Made by a program: the position numbers and the translations under genes. A stretch of DNA of 63,849 nt, the filler included, from Rhabdomonas costata (lineage: Eukaryota): NCBI GenBank assembly GCA_019059605.1. It is 45 parts of 45 records of this genome, joined end to end, with 100 filler letters (N's around TTAATTAATTAA, not from the genome) between each part and the next. Parts side by side here need not be neighbours in the genome. Positions count along the whole stretch, not along the records: positions 21,322 to 22,642 come from JAHMHO010019477.1; positions 22,743 to 24,063 come from JAHMHO010019478.1; positions 24,164 to 25,484 come from JAHMHO010019479.1; positions 25,585 to 26,905 come from JAHMHO010019480.1; positions 27,006 to 28,326 come from JAHMHO010019481.1; positions 28,427 to 29,747 come from JAHMHO010019482.1; positions 29,848 to 31,168 come from JAHMHO010019483.1; positions 31,269 to 32,588 come from JAHMHO010019484.1; 37 more parts are not named here. The stretch is one strand, 5' to 3'. Positions within the stretch are counted from its first letter, which is position 1. Each line of letters starts with the position of its first letter. Below, piece by piece: positions 22,596 to 35,283 of this stretch. The notes below the pieces were generated by a model that ran no database searches, was not told where the DNA came from, and saw only the letters and a program-made list of their open reading frames with translations.

Positions 22596-25500
22596 GTTTG
22601 AAAAGGGAGAAACGTTATTTGCTGATTAGGCCCCCCACCCCCNNNNNNNNNNNNNNNNNNNNNNNNNNNNNNNNNNNNNNNNNNNNTTAATTAATTAANN
22701 NNNNNNNNNNNNNNNNNNNNNNNNNNNNNNNNNNNNNNNNNNTTTTGTGGGGCAGGTTTCTACTCTAGTCTCGTGGCGCCACAGAGATGCCTCTCACCTC
22801 TCAGCGGTAACACAAAACAGTTAAAGCCTAAAAACGTGTGCGCGAGCCCAAAACAATAGAACGTGATATTCTAAGTTCAGCGTTGATATGGCCTCGAGAT
22901 GGCTTTCTTGCAATATTACGAGTAGGTAATATTTCGATAACGACACAGTCGGGAACGGGTAGGCCTATCATGTATCCAACCCTCCTCCCGTCAGCAGGCT
23001 GAGCCTGCCCTTTTGCGCTATGAATTAGTGCTTTTATAGGCCCCTTCGTGAGAGTGCCATGAGTTAGGAAGTGATGCATACATACCCGAGGATTTTGATT
23101 GAAGCTTCTGCAGGGTGGCGCTGCAAGCGTCCATGGCCTTGCCAGATTGCTGGCCCTTCTCTAGAGTTTGGCACATCAGAAGCAGAATGCACGGAAACAT
23201 CCAGTCTTCTTGTTATCAATCCCACTGCACGCTGAAACGATTATCAACAGGGAGAAGGGAGAGAGACATTTTACATGGAGACATCTGCAAACAACCACCT
23301 GAAGCCCGCTTTAACGCACCGACGCTACCTTTTCTAAATGTTTGGGACCCAGGATGGGCATTGCCCTCTGACACCTGGCACGGGGAGACAATGTCAATCA
23401 ACGTGCCCCCGTCTCGGTGCGTGTGTTGACGTGCGTTGAACACAAAGCGCTATCGCTGATGTGGAGTCGTTTCCTCAGCTTTCTGAAAATAGTGACAACC
23501 TACTTCCCCAAGCCATACGTTCACTGGTCGTCAATTGGTGATCAGTTCCCCTCTCTCGTTCACAAGTATCCATAAAGAACCTGGCAAGCGGTGTGCACAA
23601 CAGGCTTCACGCACCAACACAGGCCCACGCTCACGTAGTATCGTGGCGAAAAACTGAGTCATGCAACTACCGAATCAGAAAAAGCACAGTCACATCGAAA
23701 GGAGGTCAAAACCCGCAAACAAGCACAAAACACCACACAACAAAGCTATAATTCTTGAGAGCAAAGGGCGAGAAGGGGGGGACAGGGAGAGAGGTCCACG
23801 GGGAAAGCCCCCAGGCTCGGGTCCGGAAAGGCACTCCCATCCGCTCCTTCTCTGGAAACGGGGTGCATTACTGACCCAGGCCGTCTCCACTCTTCTCTCG
23901 GTGAATGAAGATGAGTACTACGATGGCTGTCAGGCTTCCCGGAGCAAAGGAAGAGAAATCCCACGCCCCTTAACTGACTCTTCAAAAACTTGAGGTCATC
24001 TTTCCAGGTTTACATTACTATTGCACAAGTTCGCTTCCCCGTGATCCACTCCGATCTGCAGCCNNNNNNNNNNNNNNNNNNNNNNNNNNNNNNNNNNNNN
24101 NNNNNNNTTAATTAATTAANNNNNNNNNNNNNNNNNNNNNNNNNNNNNNNNNNNNNNNNNNNNCTTTGAAGATGCCTCTGCCTCTGCCTCTGTAACGGTA
24201 CCGGTTGACTGAAGCGTAGGAATACACACCAAGCATCACCATCATCAGAGCCACACACCACAAACAGCATTGTGAACACACACAGAAGCAAAAAGATCAG
24301 GACACACAGAAGGCGTAGACACAGAGGCAACGGCAACATCAGCAGTAACACACACAGAGTCAAGAACACCACACATAGACATCGGAGGTCTAAAGCAACT
24401 GGTGACAAGGAACGCACAGAGGAAGCAGTAGACGAGACACCAGGAGGCAAAACCACAACAGGAAACGCGAACACCATAGAAGCCACAACAAGAGACGGAG
24501 ACACAAGAAGCGCACAAAAACTGGAGGCAGAGACATACACAGCAACAGCAACACCACCAGGGACACCAAAAGCATCCAACCACTACCGCAAACGCATCGC
24601 ATAAACCCAACACACCCTCCTTCACACCCACCACCAACAACAGGGACACTGAGCAGCACACAATCCCACTAGCCAAGCACAGATACATACACAACCACGC
24701 ACCAACCATCCCTCGAGCACACACACCCAATGCATAGTGTACGAGTGAGATGCGACCAGCAAAGACAAAGGGTCCCCATGACACGAGCGCATCAGCATCA
24801 ACATCTACATTCATCTTCGTTATGTTCTGTCCCTCACATCACTCCTCAATACTCACTCGTCACTCCCACCATAAGGTGGTACGTTCCTCGACATCACCCT
24901 TCTATACGTTCTATCGATCACGCTTACAGGAGTTCGTACCTTTGGTGGGTTTGTGCATCTGGGTTCGTGCACTTTACTTACCACTACACATCAAGATTCC
25001 CTCACATGGTTGGATGTTGCTTGGTAGGGTTACCGTTAAATTAGCATTACACTTACGCATCAACTCACTCTTCCACACTCTCAGAGGTTGGTGGTGAGGA
25101 AGCTTTGGTCGTAGCGGTATCAGCGGCAGCATCAGCCACTACGCCCTTCACCTCACTCTACCACTTCACCTCCACCATGGGTTGCAGCGTTGGTTGTGGA
25201 GAGTGAGACAGAGCGTACTATGAACTATGTTAACACAACCACCATCAATGCTACCACCATGGCTACCATCGTGTAATGGTTTGTGTGTCGTAGTGTGAGC
25301 AATGGCAGCATGCACTACCACTACCGGTAACTCTTGCACATCAACCACCAACATCGATGACATGATTCGGGTGGAAGTGTGTGAGTGACGCTTTATCACC
25401 GGTAGTCCATCGCCTCAATCACCAGCCTCTCATGTGGGTTGAGTGGTGCCATGAAGTTCAACCAGCAGTGGGCACAACCCCACCNNNNNNNNNNNNNNNN

Positions 25501-26335
25501 NNNNNNNNNNNNNNNNNNNNNNNNNNNNTTAATTAATTAANNNNNNNNNNNNNNNNNNNNNNNNNNNNNNNNNNNNNNNNNNNNCCCGCCCCAAAATGTA
25601 TCAAACCCTAGACACAACAAAATGAGGAATTTAGGCACCTCATCCGCCGTGTTTGTCTCGATTTCCTAAAGTGTCAATGGGAGTGTTCAAAGATAGTGCT
25701 TTTTTTCGTGTTTACTTTTCGCTCGCCCTCTGTGATTTGTTATGGTGCATTGCTTGGATTTTTTTTTTGACTTTTTCCTTTTGAGCGGCTTTCTCCGTCC
25801 CGCGTTTTGCCTTTAGGGCTGACCACCCGAAATCACTGCATCCCAAAGTTCGTTATTTGTAACAGGAAATCTTGGGGGAAAATCAGTCTTATTTCAATAG
25901 AGAAATCTATTTCACGCCCCCCCCCTTTCTCCTCTCGCATGTTTGTGATAGTGTATGTTAGATGAGGATTTATGCAGTGCAAATGATGCTGGAGGGAGGA
26001 TTTTAGATGCTGGGAAGCTGGGTCCTACATCCAGTTTGCTTCCCTTTCAGAGCAGTCCGAATAGCCCTCGCGGATACAGTGGACAAGGATTGTGTGGTGG
26101 TGCATTTCCATTGGACTTAGCCAGCAATCTGGATGTGGCTTTATTTTCCCTTGCTCATTCCACAAAAAGCAGCAATGCTAAAAATTTTAAAGCAACAGAA
26201 ACTGTTGAACATAATTGTAAGTAAGGAAAAGATGGGAAGGAACAGTTGTCGGAAGCAGCATCAATACAGGTGGTAGAGTGCTGACGCATTCTGTTATTCT
26301 ATTATTCTGTTATCTGTTGGTCTTTTTGGTTTTAG

Positions 26336-26565
26336 ATGTGTTGGCGTGTGCCGCGCATCACCTCTCCGTGGGCTTGCTGAGTGACCTGTGCAACTCCCTG
26401 GACGACGACCCAGACTACTTACACACCCTCTTGGACGGCGGGCATGGCCGAACCACCTCCTCTTCGTCCTCTGACTTCTCCTCCGCCTCCTCTACGGCAG
26501 CGCCGCGCCGCGCGGAAGAAGGAATGGAGTGCATGGACGAGTCAGCCTATAGCGCCTACCTACAG
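26336..26565 (+). CDS. Exon of uncharacterised protein
   Basis: GC3-rich block between tttag and CAG|GTATGG. Confidence 0.5.
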
Positions 26566-29292
26566 GTATGGGTGAACAGAAAAAGTGGTCTATGCGCCTG
26601 TCCGTGTGGTGCATGCTTCTGTCTGCAATGCCCTCTTCAAACGAAGCCATTCGGCGTGGAGTGAGTGGTTGTTTTGCAAATTCGTTTGTGCCCTCCGATG
26701 CGTAGAGGCTAGAATGGGCGCCAAAGGGATAAGTTGTGCAAACAGATGCTAGCCCCTTTCAAGTGCGTGTTGCGTTGCGTCAAGTGTTGCCACAGAGTTA
26801 CCGCATCACACGCTGCTCTATGTGTGCGTTGGTGCGTGCGAGCATGACGGGGTGCCCCCCACCACCCCACCCCACCCACGTCACAAGCAAGCCTGGAAGT
26901 TGAATNNNNNNNNNNNNNNNNNNNNNNNNNNNNNNNNNNNNNNNNNNNNTTAATTAATTAANNNNNNNNNNNNNNNNNNNNNNNNNNNNNNNNNNNNNNN
27001 NNNNNAAAATGGTGGTGAAAAAACTGGTTTTGCCTCTTTTCGGCCTGTTCTTTATGTACGCGTACCAGGGCAGGTCTTGCTCACCTTCTCTTAGAAACAG
27101 AAACCTACTGATGGCCCGTTTTTGCTGGTCTAGGATGTCTTGGGCCGTGTGTCATTGAAGGCAAATTCTCAAGAAGGGATTGTTGTTCATTGATGCCCTG
27201 TCGATATCAAAATGGAGTAGAGTGAGCGTCCAAGCTTGGATGTCAGAAAAATGTCGACGATTACCTTCGTGCTTTGAAAGACGATAGTGAACACCGCTGT
27301 CTTTTTGACCTCCCTGTTATCTTTGGGGGGGCCCCGATGCCGCAGTGCCGTAGGATAAATAAATTTCCCTAAAGTTACGTGACCTTGCCTTTGGTCAGGT
27401 TCTGAAGAAATTGGGCGTCTCTCAACCGCACTACTACGACGCGGTCCTACGGCGTTGTGCGTAGCTCACGTAACCTTCCTCAAAACGAAATGCTTGCAAA
27501 GGGCACAGCTTTGTTTTGCGTGTCTCCCCATCGGCAAAGAATATTTGCGCCTTTGGCGCTCCAACTGAAATTCAGGATGCAAGAACTCCACAGTACAAGC
27601 AAAATCGAGCCCCTATATTTACGAAGATTTGGCAGGCCTGTTTTTACATCCAGATGTGTTTGTCCAGATGCGTTTTGCATCCTTGCATTCCGATGCAGAG
27701 ATGCGTGCATACCTTCAAGAACCTTTTCTTCGCGTATAAAGTCACGTAGCGTAGCGTAGTAGGTGGTGATGTTGGCCTCGGCGGCCTCCACTATAGACAG
27801 TACGTAGGGATTAGGGATTGGTGATGGATACGTAGCAGACATCACCAATCCCGGAGTAGCCGTTAAGACATTTAGCGAGTATGGAGCGTAGCGACAAACG
27901 CGCCTAGTAAACTCAGCGAGGAACGAAGTGAGGAAGGGTTATAGGGGCCCCAAAACACCATCTTCATACCATCACCACCTCGTCATCACCACTCATCACC
28001 ATCAACCATCACACGTAGGCAGGGCCGGAACGCAGTGGAGGTCTTGCCGTAGTTGGGGTATGCCGTGATATCCTGGTGATGGTACGTAGGGATGGGTCGA
28101 GGTCACGCGGCCCATCCCGCAGTAGAGGTCAAGTGGCGGAGGTGTACCCGTAGCGTAGCAGTCAACTCCTGGTGGTTACTATGGGTTCAGGATGCGGTGG
28201 GAATTTGGGGTCAGGGTGGCACTTTCGGTGTTGGTATTTGGGGTCAAAAGCACTGAATCCCAGTGATGAACTCGCCTGGAGAGCTTCCCATCGAAGGAGA
28301 GGACGACCCACACACGCACACACTTCNNNNNNNNNNNNNNNNNNNNNNNNNNNNNNNNNNNNNNNNNNNNTTAATTAATTAANNNNNNNNNNNNNNNNNN
28401 NNNNNNNNNNNNNNNNNNNNNNNNNNCCTTTCCCGAAGCCAATCTAACAGTGTGATGCCAAGTGAACGTTCACCGCTGCCCGAGCGTGCCATTTCAATTC
28501 CCCGCGAAGAGGTTGGAAACTGCCATCGCGCCTCTCGAGAGGTTTGAGGGTAAGCAACATCCAACACAGACCCATGGTACCTCACGGCACGTCTTCGACA
28601 CTCAGGTAAACCCCACCCTGAAGCCCTCACCTGATCCCCCACACAGCAAAAGGTGCGGGGTGAGTACACAGGCACGCTGAAGTACAACACTGGCCTGATT
28701 CTACGAAAAAGGCACTGGGGGTGTGCAGCAAGACAAAGCGCAGCACGTGACTCTACGTGAAAATTCCGACACACAGGGTGACATGCCATCAAAGGAAGCC
28801 ACCCAATACCCGGCAAGGCCGAAAGCGAACCCGGGCATCCTCTACATAATTCCACAGCATTGAGGCACCAAAAGCAGCGACAAAAAGTGGTGCGCCAAGA
28901 AAAAGAAAACCCCAAGCGACAGAACCACGTGGCGTGTTGATCTCAGCGCAGCGGAGCTTGGTCAGCTGAATGGCCAAACAGAAGAGTAAGCAAAAGTAGC
29001 GCAAAAAAAAACACCACGGGCGGCACCCGCCGAATGGGAACGGAAACCGTAATAACACTCTGGCCGGGGAAAGACGGCACATGCAGACGCACGGACGCGC
29101 ACGCACACACAGGCGCGCATACGCTTCTGCGTGTCCACGGGTTCCACGGACATACAAGCGAGTTTTCATTCAACCACAGAAATGGTTTCACTTCGCCACC
29201 GCAGTGGCCCATTTCTCCGGGACCATGGGGGGGCAGCTGCCCACCTCCCCCGTGGTAAAATCAGAGGCGGTGGCACCACCGCACCCGTCCCA

Positions 29293-29482
29293 CGTCCGCA
29301 GTGCGGCATGTGCAGCGCAGAGGAGTGCTTCAAACACTACGAGCTCCGTCCCGAGACCCACGGCAAAGATCAGCAGCCATCTGTCCAGCTCAGTGGAGTG
29401 CCACACCGAGCCAGGCCGGGCGTATACAACGCAGAGAATCACAGCGGTGCTGCCCAGTGCCCAGAGCCAGTTCAGAACAAAG
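29293..29482 (-). CDS. Exon with two transmembrane helices, possibly polycystin-1/REJ-like
   Basis: ctctctcag acceptor. VILCVVYA...RWLLIFAVGLGTELVVFEALL loosely resembles PKD1-family membrane segments. Confidence 0.4.
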
Positions 29483-31398
29483 CTGAGAGAGTGAGAGAAA
29501 TGGAAGAGCTAGTGAGCTGAGCGCATACAGTGCCGGCCATGTCGGGTATGAGCGTGGCCTTTTTGAACGTTGTGAAAATTGATTGCATCCAAAGGGCTGA
29601 AACAAAAACGTTTCGTTTGCAAGCGGATGGTGGTGATAGTGGTGGGGCGACAAAAGCGCCTGCACACAGGTGATCAGTCAACCCGTGTTGTCAAACCACA
29701 AATTGCACACAAAAGACAGCAAATTCATTAAACCTTGACACCCCAACNNNNNNNNNNNNNNNNNNNNNNNNNNNNNNNNNNNNNNNNNNNNTTAATTAAT
29801 TAANNNNNNNNNNNNNNNNNNNNNNNNNNNNNNNNNNNNNNNNNNNNTGTTTGTATTAGTAATAATATGAAATAGCTTTCTTTTTGTAATCCACCCGTGC
29901 ATGGCTCCATAGCACGTGTAAATTGCGTGGAGGGGCTACGCCCCACCGTACCACCACGCAGATGAACAGCTGTGGAGAGTGCATGGCGACTTACCATGTT
30001 AAAATGCTATTAGGACTCCTGTGGAAGCGTGAATCGCCATCTAAGCATGGCAAAAAGAAGAAATAAATCACCTAAAAAATCTATCACATATGTGTTGACA
30101 AAGTTTGACACTCTCCTCGTGCGAGCCTTGGCCCGCTCCGTTCCAGCGCCCTCCGCAGTGGAAGACGCGGCCGGGGCGGAGGAGGGGTCTGCGAGGGAGT
30201 CAGGCTCGGGTAGGGTGCAACACTCGACGACCATGCTAAGGCGGCCGCGGAGGGGCAGCTGCTCGAGCTCCTCGGAGGGCGGGAAGGGGATGTGAAGACG
30301 TGGCCGTCAGGGTCCTGGTGGGTGCACGTGGGGGCGATGTAGCTGAAGTAGCACCGCCTGTTATGCCTGCGGGAGAGGTGCCAAAAATGTCACAGTCAGC
30401 ATAGTTTGCTAGCCACTGAAACTTATTTAGATAGCCGAGAACATGATCAGACTGAATACATCCATTTGAAGAAAACCACATCTTCTGACGTCCCCACGTC
30501 CCATAAATTCCATGAGTGATGAAGCATTGCAATGTTTGCTACTGACGTAATAGCCCTTCCAGTGGTCAGCGCAACTGAGAAGAACCACGTGGGATGCTGA
30601 AGCAGAAAAATAAGCTCTTGCACTGTCATTCAAAAACCTCTACCTCCACATTACGTCCGCTAAGAACTACACTATGAGAAACACGCTAATTCAAAACACC
30701 GCCGAAAGCGCAAAGACCATTCAGTTACAGCTTTTTTAATGAGATAGGAACATCTATTCCGGTCGCTTTCAAGCGCAGTGGTGACCCCAGAAGTACGTGA
30801 GCAACAGAAAACTATTTTTTGACAGATGATGGTCTACAAGAGGCCCACAGAGACACTTGATACTCTCGTTTTGCCTCCATCACCAGATAACATAAATACG
30901 GCTACGCCACAATGTAACAACAGGACGCCTCATCACTTGCTGCTTCATTCATTTTTTGCCCCTACACCAAACGATCATGATGCAATCACTTCATTCAACA
31001 TCCTCTACATTTCTGGCTGTGTGGAACATGAAAGCTGAGCCAATAAAATTTTGGAATAATAGCACGCATGTGGATAAATCCAGGGAAGGATGCTGCAAGG
31101 GATCTATGGTAGCAGTTGAATATGGAGAAAGTTGAGGACAAAGGTGGAGAGCAGTCAACAAACACAAANNNNNNNNNNNNNNNNNNNNNNNNNNNNNNNN
31201 NNNNNNNNNNNNTTAATTAATTAANNNNNNNNNNNNNNNNNNNNNNNNNNNNNNNNNNNNNNNNNNNNGTTCTTATCTTAGTCTGTCCCTGGGGGATGCC
31301 AGAGAGTGCCATCAGAAATTACGGTGGTCACGGGTGTTGGGCAACAGAAAGGGTTCGTGGCAATATCTGGCTGGTTAGCAAGGTGGGCAGGGGCAAAC

Positions 31399-31648
31399 CT
31401 CATTCAGGTAGTCGTAGTCGAAGTTGAAACCGAAATACAGCACCGTGCGGAATGACAGCAGGCTCTTCAGGAAGGTCACGTAGGCCGGGTTCCTGTGCTG
31501 CAAGTGCCGGAACTTCTCCCCGGACACCACAACTCTGGAGGGGTTCCCCACACTGCCGTGCAGCTGCATTAGCGGGGCGGGCTTCCCGCCCACGGTAGGG
31601 CGGAAGCGGAGCACCTTTTCAGGTTTCGCCCAGCACAGCGGTTCACAG
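31399..31648 (-). CDS. Exon of SIR2-like (SIR2_2-type) domain protein
   Basis: LMQLHGSV...VVVSGEKF...YVTFLKSLLSFRTVLYFGFNFDYDYL matches KLHGS...L....T.LF.G.S..D. gccag acceptor and GTTTGC donor. Confidence 0.75.
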
Positions 31649-34600
31649 CTGGCATTTCAACAAGGACTTTGATAGCGAAAAGTGGAAATATCCTTTTTAG
31701 ACAGAAGTGTGAAGGCAATCGATTCAAAAAAATTTTTGCGGTTGGGGGGAAGTTCGGTACTGTCCATCCACAACCAACAAGAGACAGGAAATTAACGTAA
31801 TTTGGGAGCACATCCTGCCTCCAAAAAACACCACGCATACCCGCTGGATCAAACCAACAATGACTTTCCGCAGGAAGAAGGGAACAGAGCCCTGAAAGCT
31901 CAACGGGCCTTGCTCACCAACATTTGCAGATGTCTGATCCACGTCGACCCAAAGTGACATTCAATTTTCGGACCTCGGCCAATGTTTAAAAGAGAGACTG
32001 ATTCACTTGCTGACAATGCTACTGCCCCCTCTTTTCCCCCCGCTTGTTTTTTTGGATCCACCTCTTGCTTTTATTTTCTCCACCCCAACTATTATGGTCA
32101 AGACATATAAAAATCGTTTCCTTATATAAAGGACAGAGCCTCAACAAGTGCAGGGGCTTTTCACTGAAAACGTGGAATAAGTTTGCGCAGAATTGTAGAA
32201 TTGCCCACGGGACGATTTTGCAGGCATTTCCAGATGTGAGTGTGCTTGAATCACTTTGTAACTGCGGTGCACGGTAGTCTTCAGTAAAGGCGGGTGACTT
32301 TGGTTTGGGTGCACAGCCAAACGAGTCTGACTCACGCCTCCATTGTAGCACAATCCACTCTTCACCACGGCGAGGAACCTTCTTTCGAACCCTCGAGAGG
32401 GCATTGCTTTTTGAGGGGGAGGGAACTGACCACTCAGCAATCATAACATCGTGGATGCCGTTCAAGCATGCTTAGGTCGATTGTGAGCATTTATGCGCCA
32501 GGACCCTTCATGCGTCTTTGCTCGAGTTTCAATCTTTCCGTCCCTCACCGACCGGAGCTGCTACAAAAAATAACTGATCAACAAAAACNNNNNNNNNNNN
32601 NNNNNNNNNNNNNNNNNNNNNNNNNNNNNNNNTTAATTAATTAANNNNNNNNNNNNNNNNNNNNNNNNNNNNNNNNNNNNNNNNNNNNGGGTTGTGGGTG
32701 GTACTATTGGGATGATCCGTGTGACCGCAAGACCAAGGACTACAATGACTTCAACTACCACTTGGTACCGTATCAAATTCTTTTTGCAAATAATCCGTGG
32801 TAATTTTTGGATGAAAATGTATGCTACGGCACAACCGCAACGTCCTATTCTATGGTCGGTTGCTGAAGCCGCTTATCAGCTCTATAGCACCATTCAAAGT
32901 CACTGGGATGCAGCCAATCTTGCAACAGGCCTATTGGACATGGATCGCCGGTTTTTCTCTCAGGCCGGAGCATTTCTCATCACCACATTCTCAGCGTCGT
33001 CGCTGCAATCAACAATTACCAACATTCTTCCAAGTTATCTGTCACTCCTGAACTAACTCCTCGTTGTGCCCATTTTCAAAGTCCTAGTCATTTATTATTC
33101 ATCCTCTGTGGAGCCAACTCCATCACACCCTACAACCGCACTTCGACCTAACCCTGTTGTGTCGACGCCATCACGTCACACCATTAGGCAATAGGCCTTC
33201 CAGCATTTTACTCAAAAGTGGCCACATTTATACACTTCACAAATATCCGCAACAGGAAGCCATCCTTGATCAGTCGGACGCTGATCGTCCTGCGGGTGCA
33301 GGTGGTTGTTTGGCCACACTAAGAACAGCGTCATCATCAGAAAACAGCTTACATCTGCCCTCTTGTACATCACACAGGCCTACTGAACCCAAATCAGCCA
33401 ACCAGTAACAGATTGCATCAAATGCAGACAATCACACCCCCACGAGTTTGCGAGCTCAATCTTCTCCTCTTGCTCGCTTACCGTAAGTAACACCGTTATC
33501 TCAAACCGCGCAAAACGTAGAAAGGGCATGTTTTCTGCCGCTCCGGAGCACCTCTCACGTGGGGAACGATTGTCGCATCCTCACCTCCATTATTTATAGC
33601 ATATGCAGGTGGCCAAAATGGATGGTTAAAATCAAGTTAAGTATTTTTCCAAACGCAATCAGGTCGAGAGATTGCGTGTTTACCTATATTTTATTTTAAC
33701 TCACGCTGATCTACCTCAATCTCAATCATCAATCTTACACACAAGAATTTACGCTACACGCCTTTGCTAGTATTTACTCCTAGCATTCAACGTTAACTCG
33801 AGAGTACTTCGTCGCCATCTCCAAAACGTCTCTCTGGCGGAAACCAATCCAGAGGAACAGTCAATTGGCGTTTTTTGCGCCGCTCGTAAGCACTATGGCG
33901 ACGTCCGTTTAATGTGCGACTCCAACCTCCTCAGTACAACCAAACTCCAGCGCCTGATATCACTTCTTCTTTGTGTCCTCCAGTCCTTCTCCGTTTACAC
34001 CAACCCACNNNNNNNNNNNNNNNNNNNNNNNNNNNNNNNNNNNNNNNNNNNNTTAATTAATTAANNNNNNNNNNNNNNNNNNNNNNNNNNNNNNNNNNNN
34101 NNNNNNNNCCCCCACACAGGCACACACTCCTATGTACCATTTGGTAAAAATGCGCCAACATGAAAGGGCTTACAGACGAAGACGAAGGTTTCGCCCAAAA
34201 CTTGCAAATGATCAACCTAAATTATTGCCAATAATCCGAAAACTTTAATTTTTTTGAAATAAAATCATCTGCATTTATTGACATTTATTAGAATTGAGGA
34301 AAAATTTTCAGAAAAATGTACGACATTTTTTAGTGGCGAAACGCCCTGGATCTTACAAAAATGAGGGGTTGTTTGTATTGAGAAATGAATCTATAGTAGA
34401 GCTGTAACAGTGTGGGGGTTTTCGCGTTTTTTTCGAATTTATTGGAAGCACTATTTTTCATTCTTTTTCAATAGCAGCAGGATTGTCGTACCGGTCATAC
34501 CCGATTGCCATACTAATAGAAGCTTTTAGCGGTATAGGCGGCGTTGCACATTGTTTCCAAAAAAAAATCCGATCCAAGCCAGCAGTGCAACCAACGGGAA

Positions 34601-35112
34601 AGTCACGATATTTTTTCAAAATTGCGAACCCGTCATAGGGGTGGCGTCTCCCTCCAGGTCGCTTTTTATCTTTTGTTGTCGCCAGTCCCGAGCAAATGGA
34701 TAAGAGAGCCCTCGCCGAGCACAAATTGCAGCATGGAGAGCGGGTGCAGAGGGTGGGGAAGTAGCCCGTAGAGCGCGAGCCTCCACCAGCCCACCACCGC
34801 TGCAGGACGGTCTCTATCCGCTCAAGCAGCGTCACGAATCAAGACATTTAGAAATGGTACACAAGGTAAGAATTTAAGCAACAACTCATGGAAAACAAAC
34901 CAGGGCATCCCTGCAGAAACAATCACAATGCCATAACCGAGCATTGTGTGCAGCAAACCCAAATATCAAACCAGCACCGACAGAATTCCTCGTAAAGAAG
35001 CATATGAATCATGAAAAATGGTTCGCCACCCCCGGGAACAAGAACAGAAAACGTTTGTGGTTTGTTTCTATTTATTCCAACTTTCAGGTTCCAGCTTTCT
35101 GTGTTCTCAATA

Positions 35113-35283
35113 ATGGCGAAGCTGGTGAAACCGGGAACATCTGTTGCTGAATTCTGGAGAGACCTCGGACTTCAGCCATATGCGCTGGTCGACTTCTTCG
35201 GTGAATGGTGCTGGCCAAGCACAATGGTGGCTGCTGAGGTCGACGATCTCGCCAAGCATCATCCTGAAGTTGCCTTTCAGAAG
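35113..35283 (+). CDS. First exon of atypical thioredoxin (WCWPS active site)
   Basis: ALVDFFGEWCWPSTMVAAEVDDLAKHHPEVAFQK aligns with the thioredoxin pattern VDF.A.WCGPC....P....LA..YP.V.F.K. Upstream ctttcag acceptor at 35087 and GC donor at 35284. Confidence 0.85.

Noticed and set aside
31615-31622. Euglenid non-conventional intron 3' end (CTGAAAAG|G) before the SIR2-like exon
   Set aside because: The frame stays open upstream to a normal CAG acceptor at 31649, so a conventional intron explains it. No non-conventional intron could be supported anywhere without transcripts.
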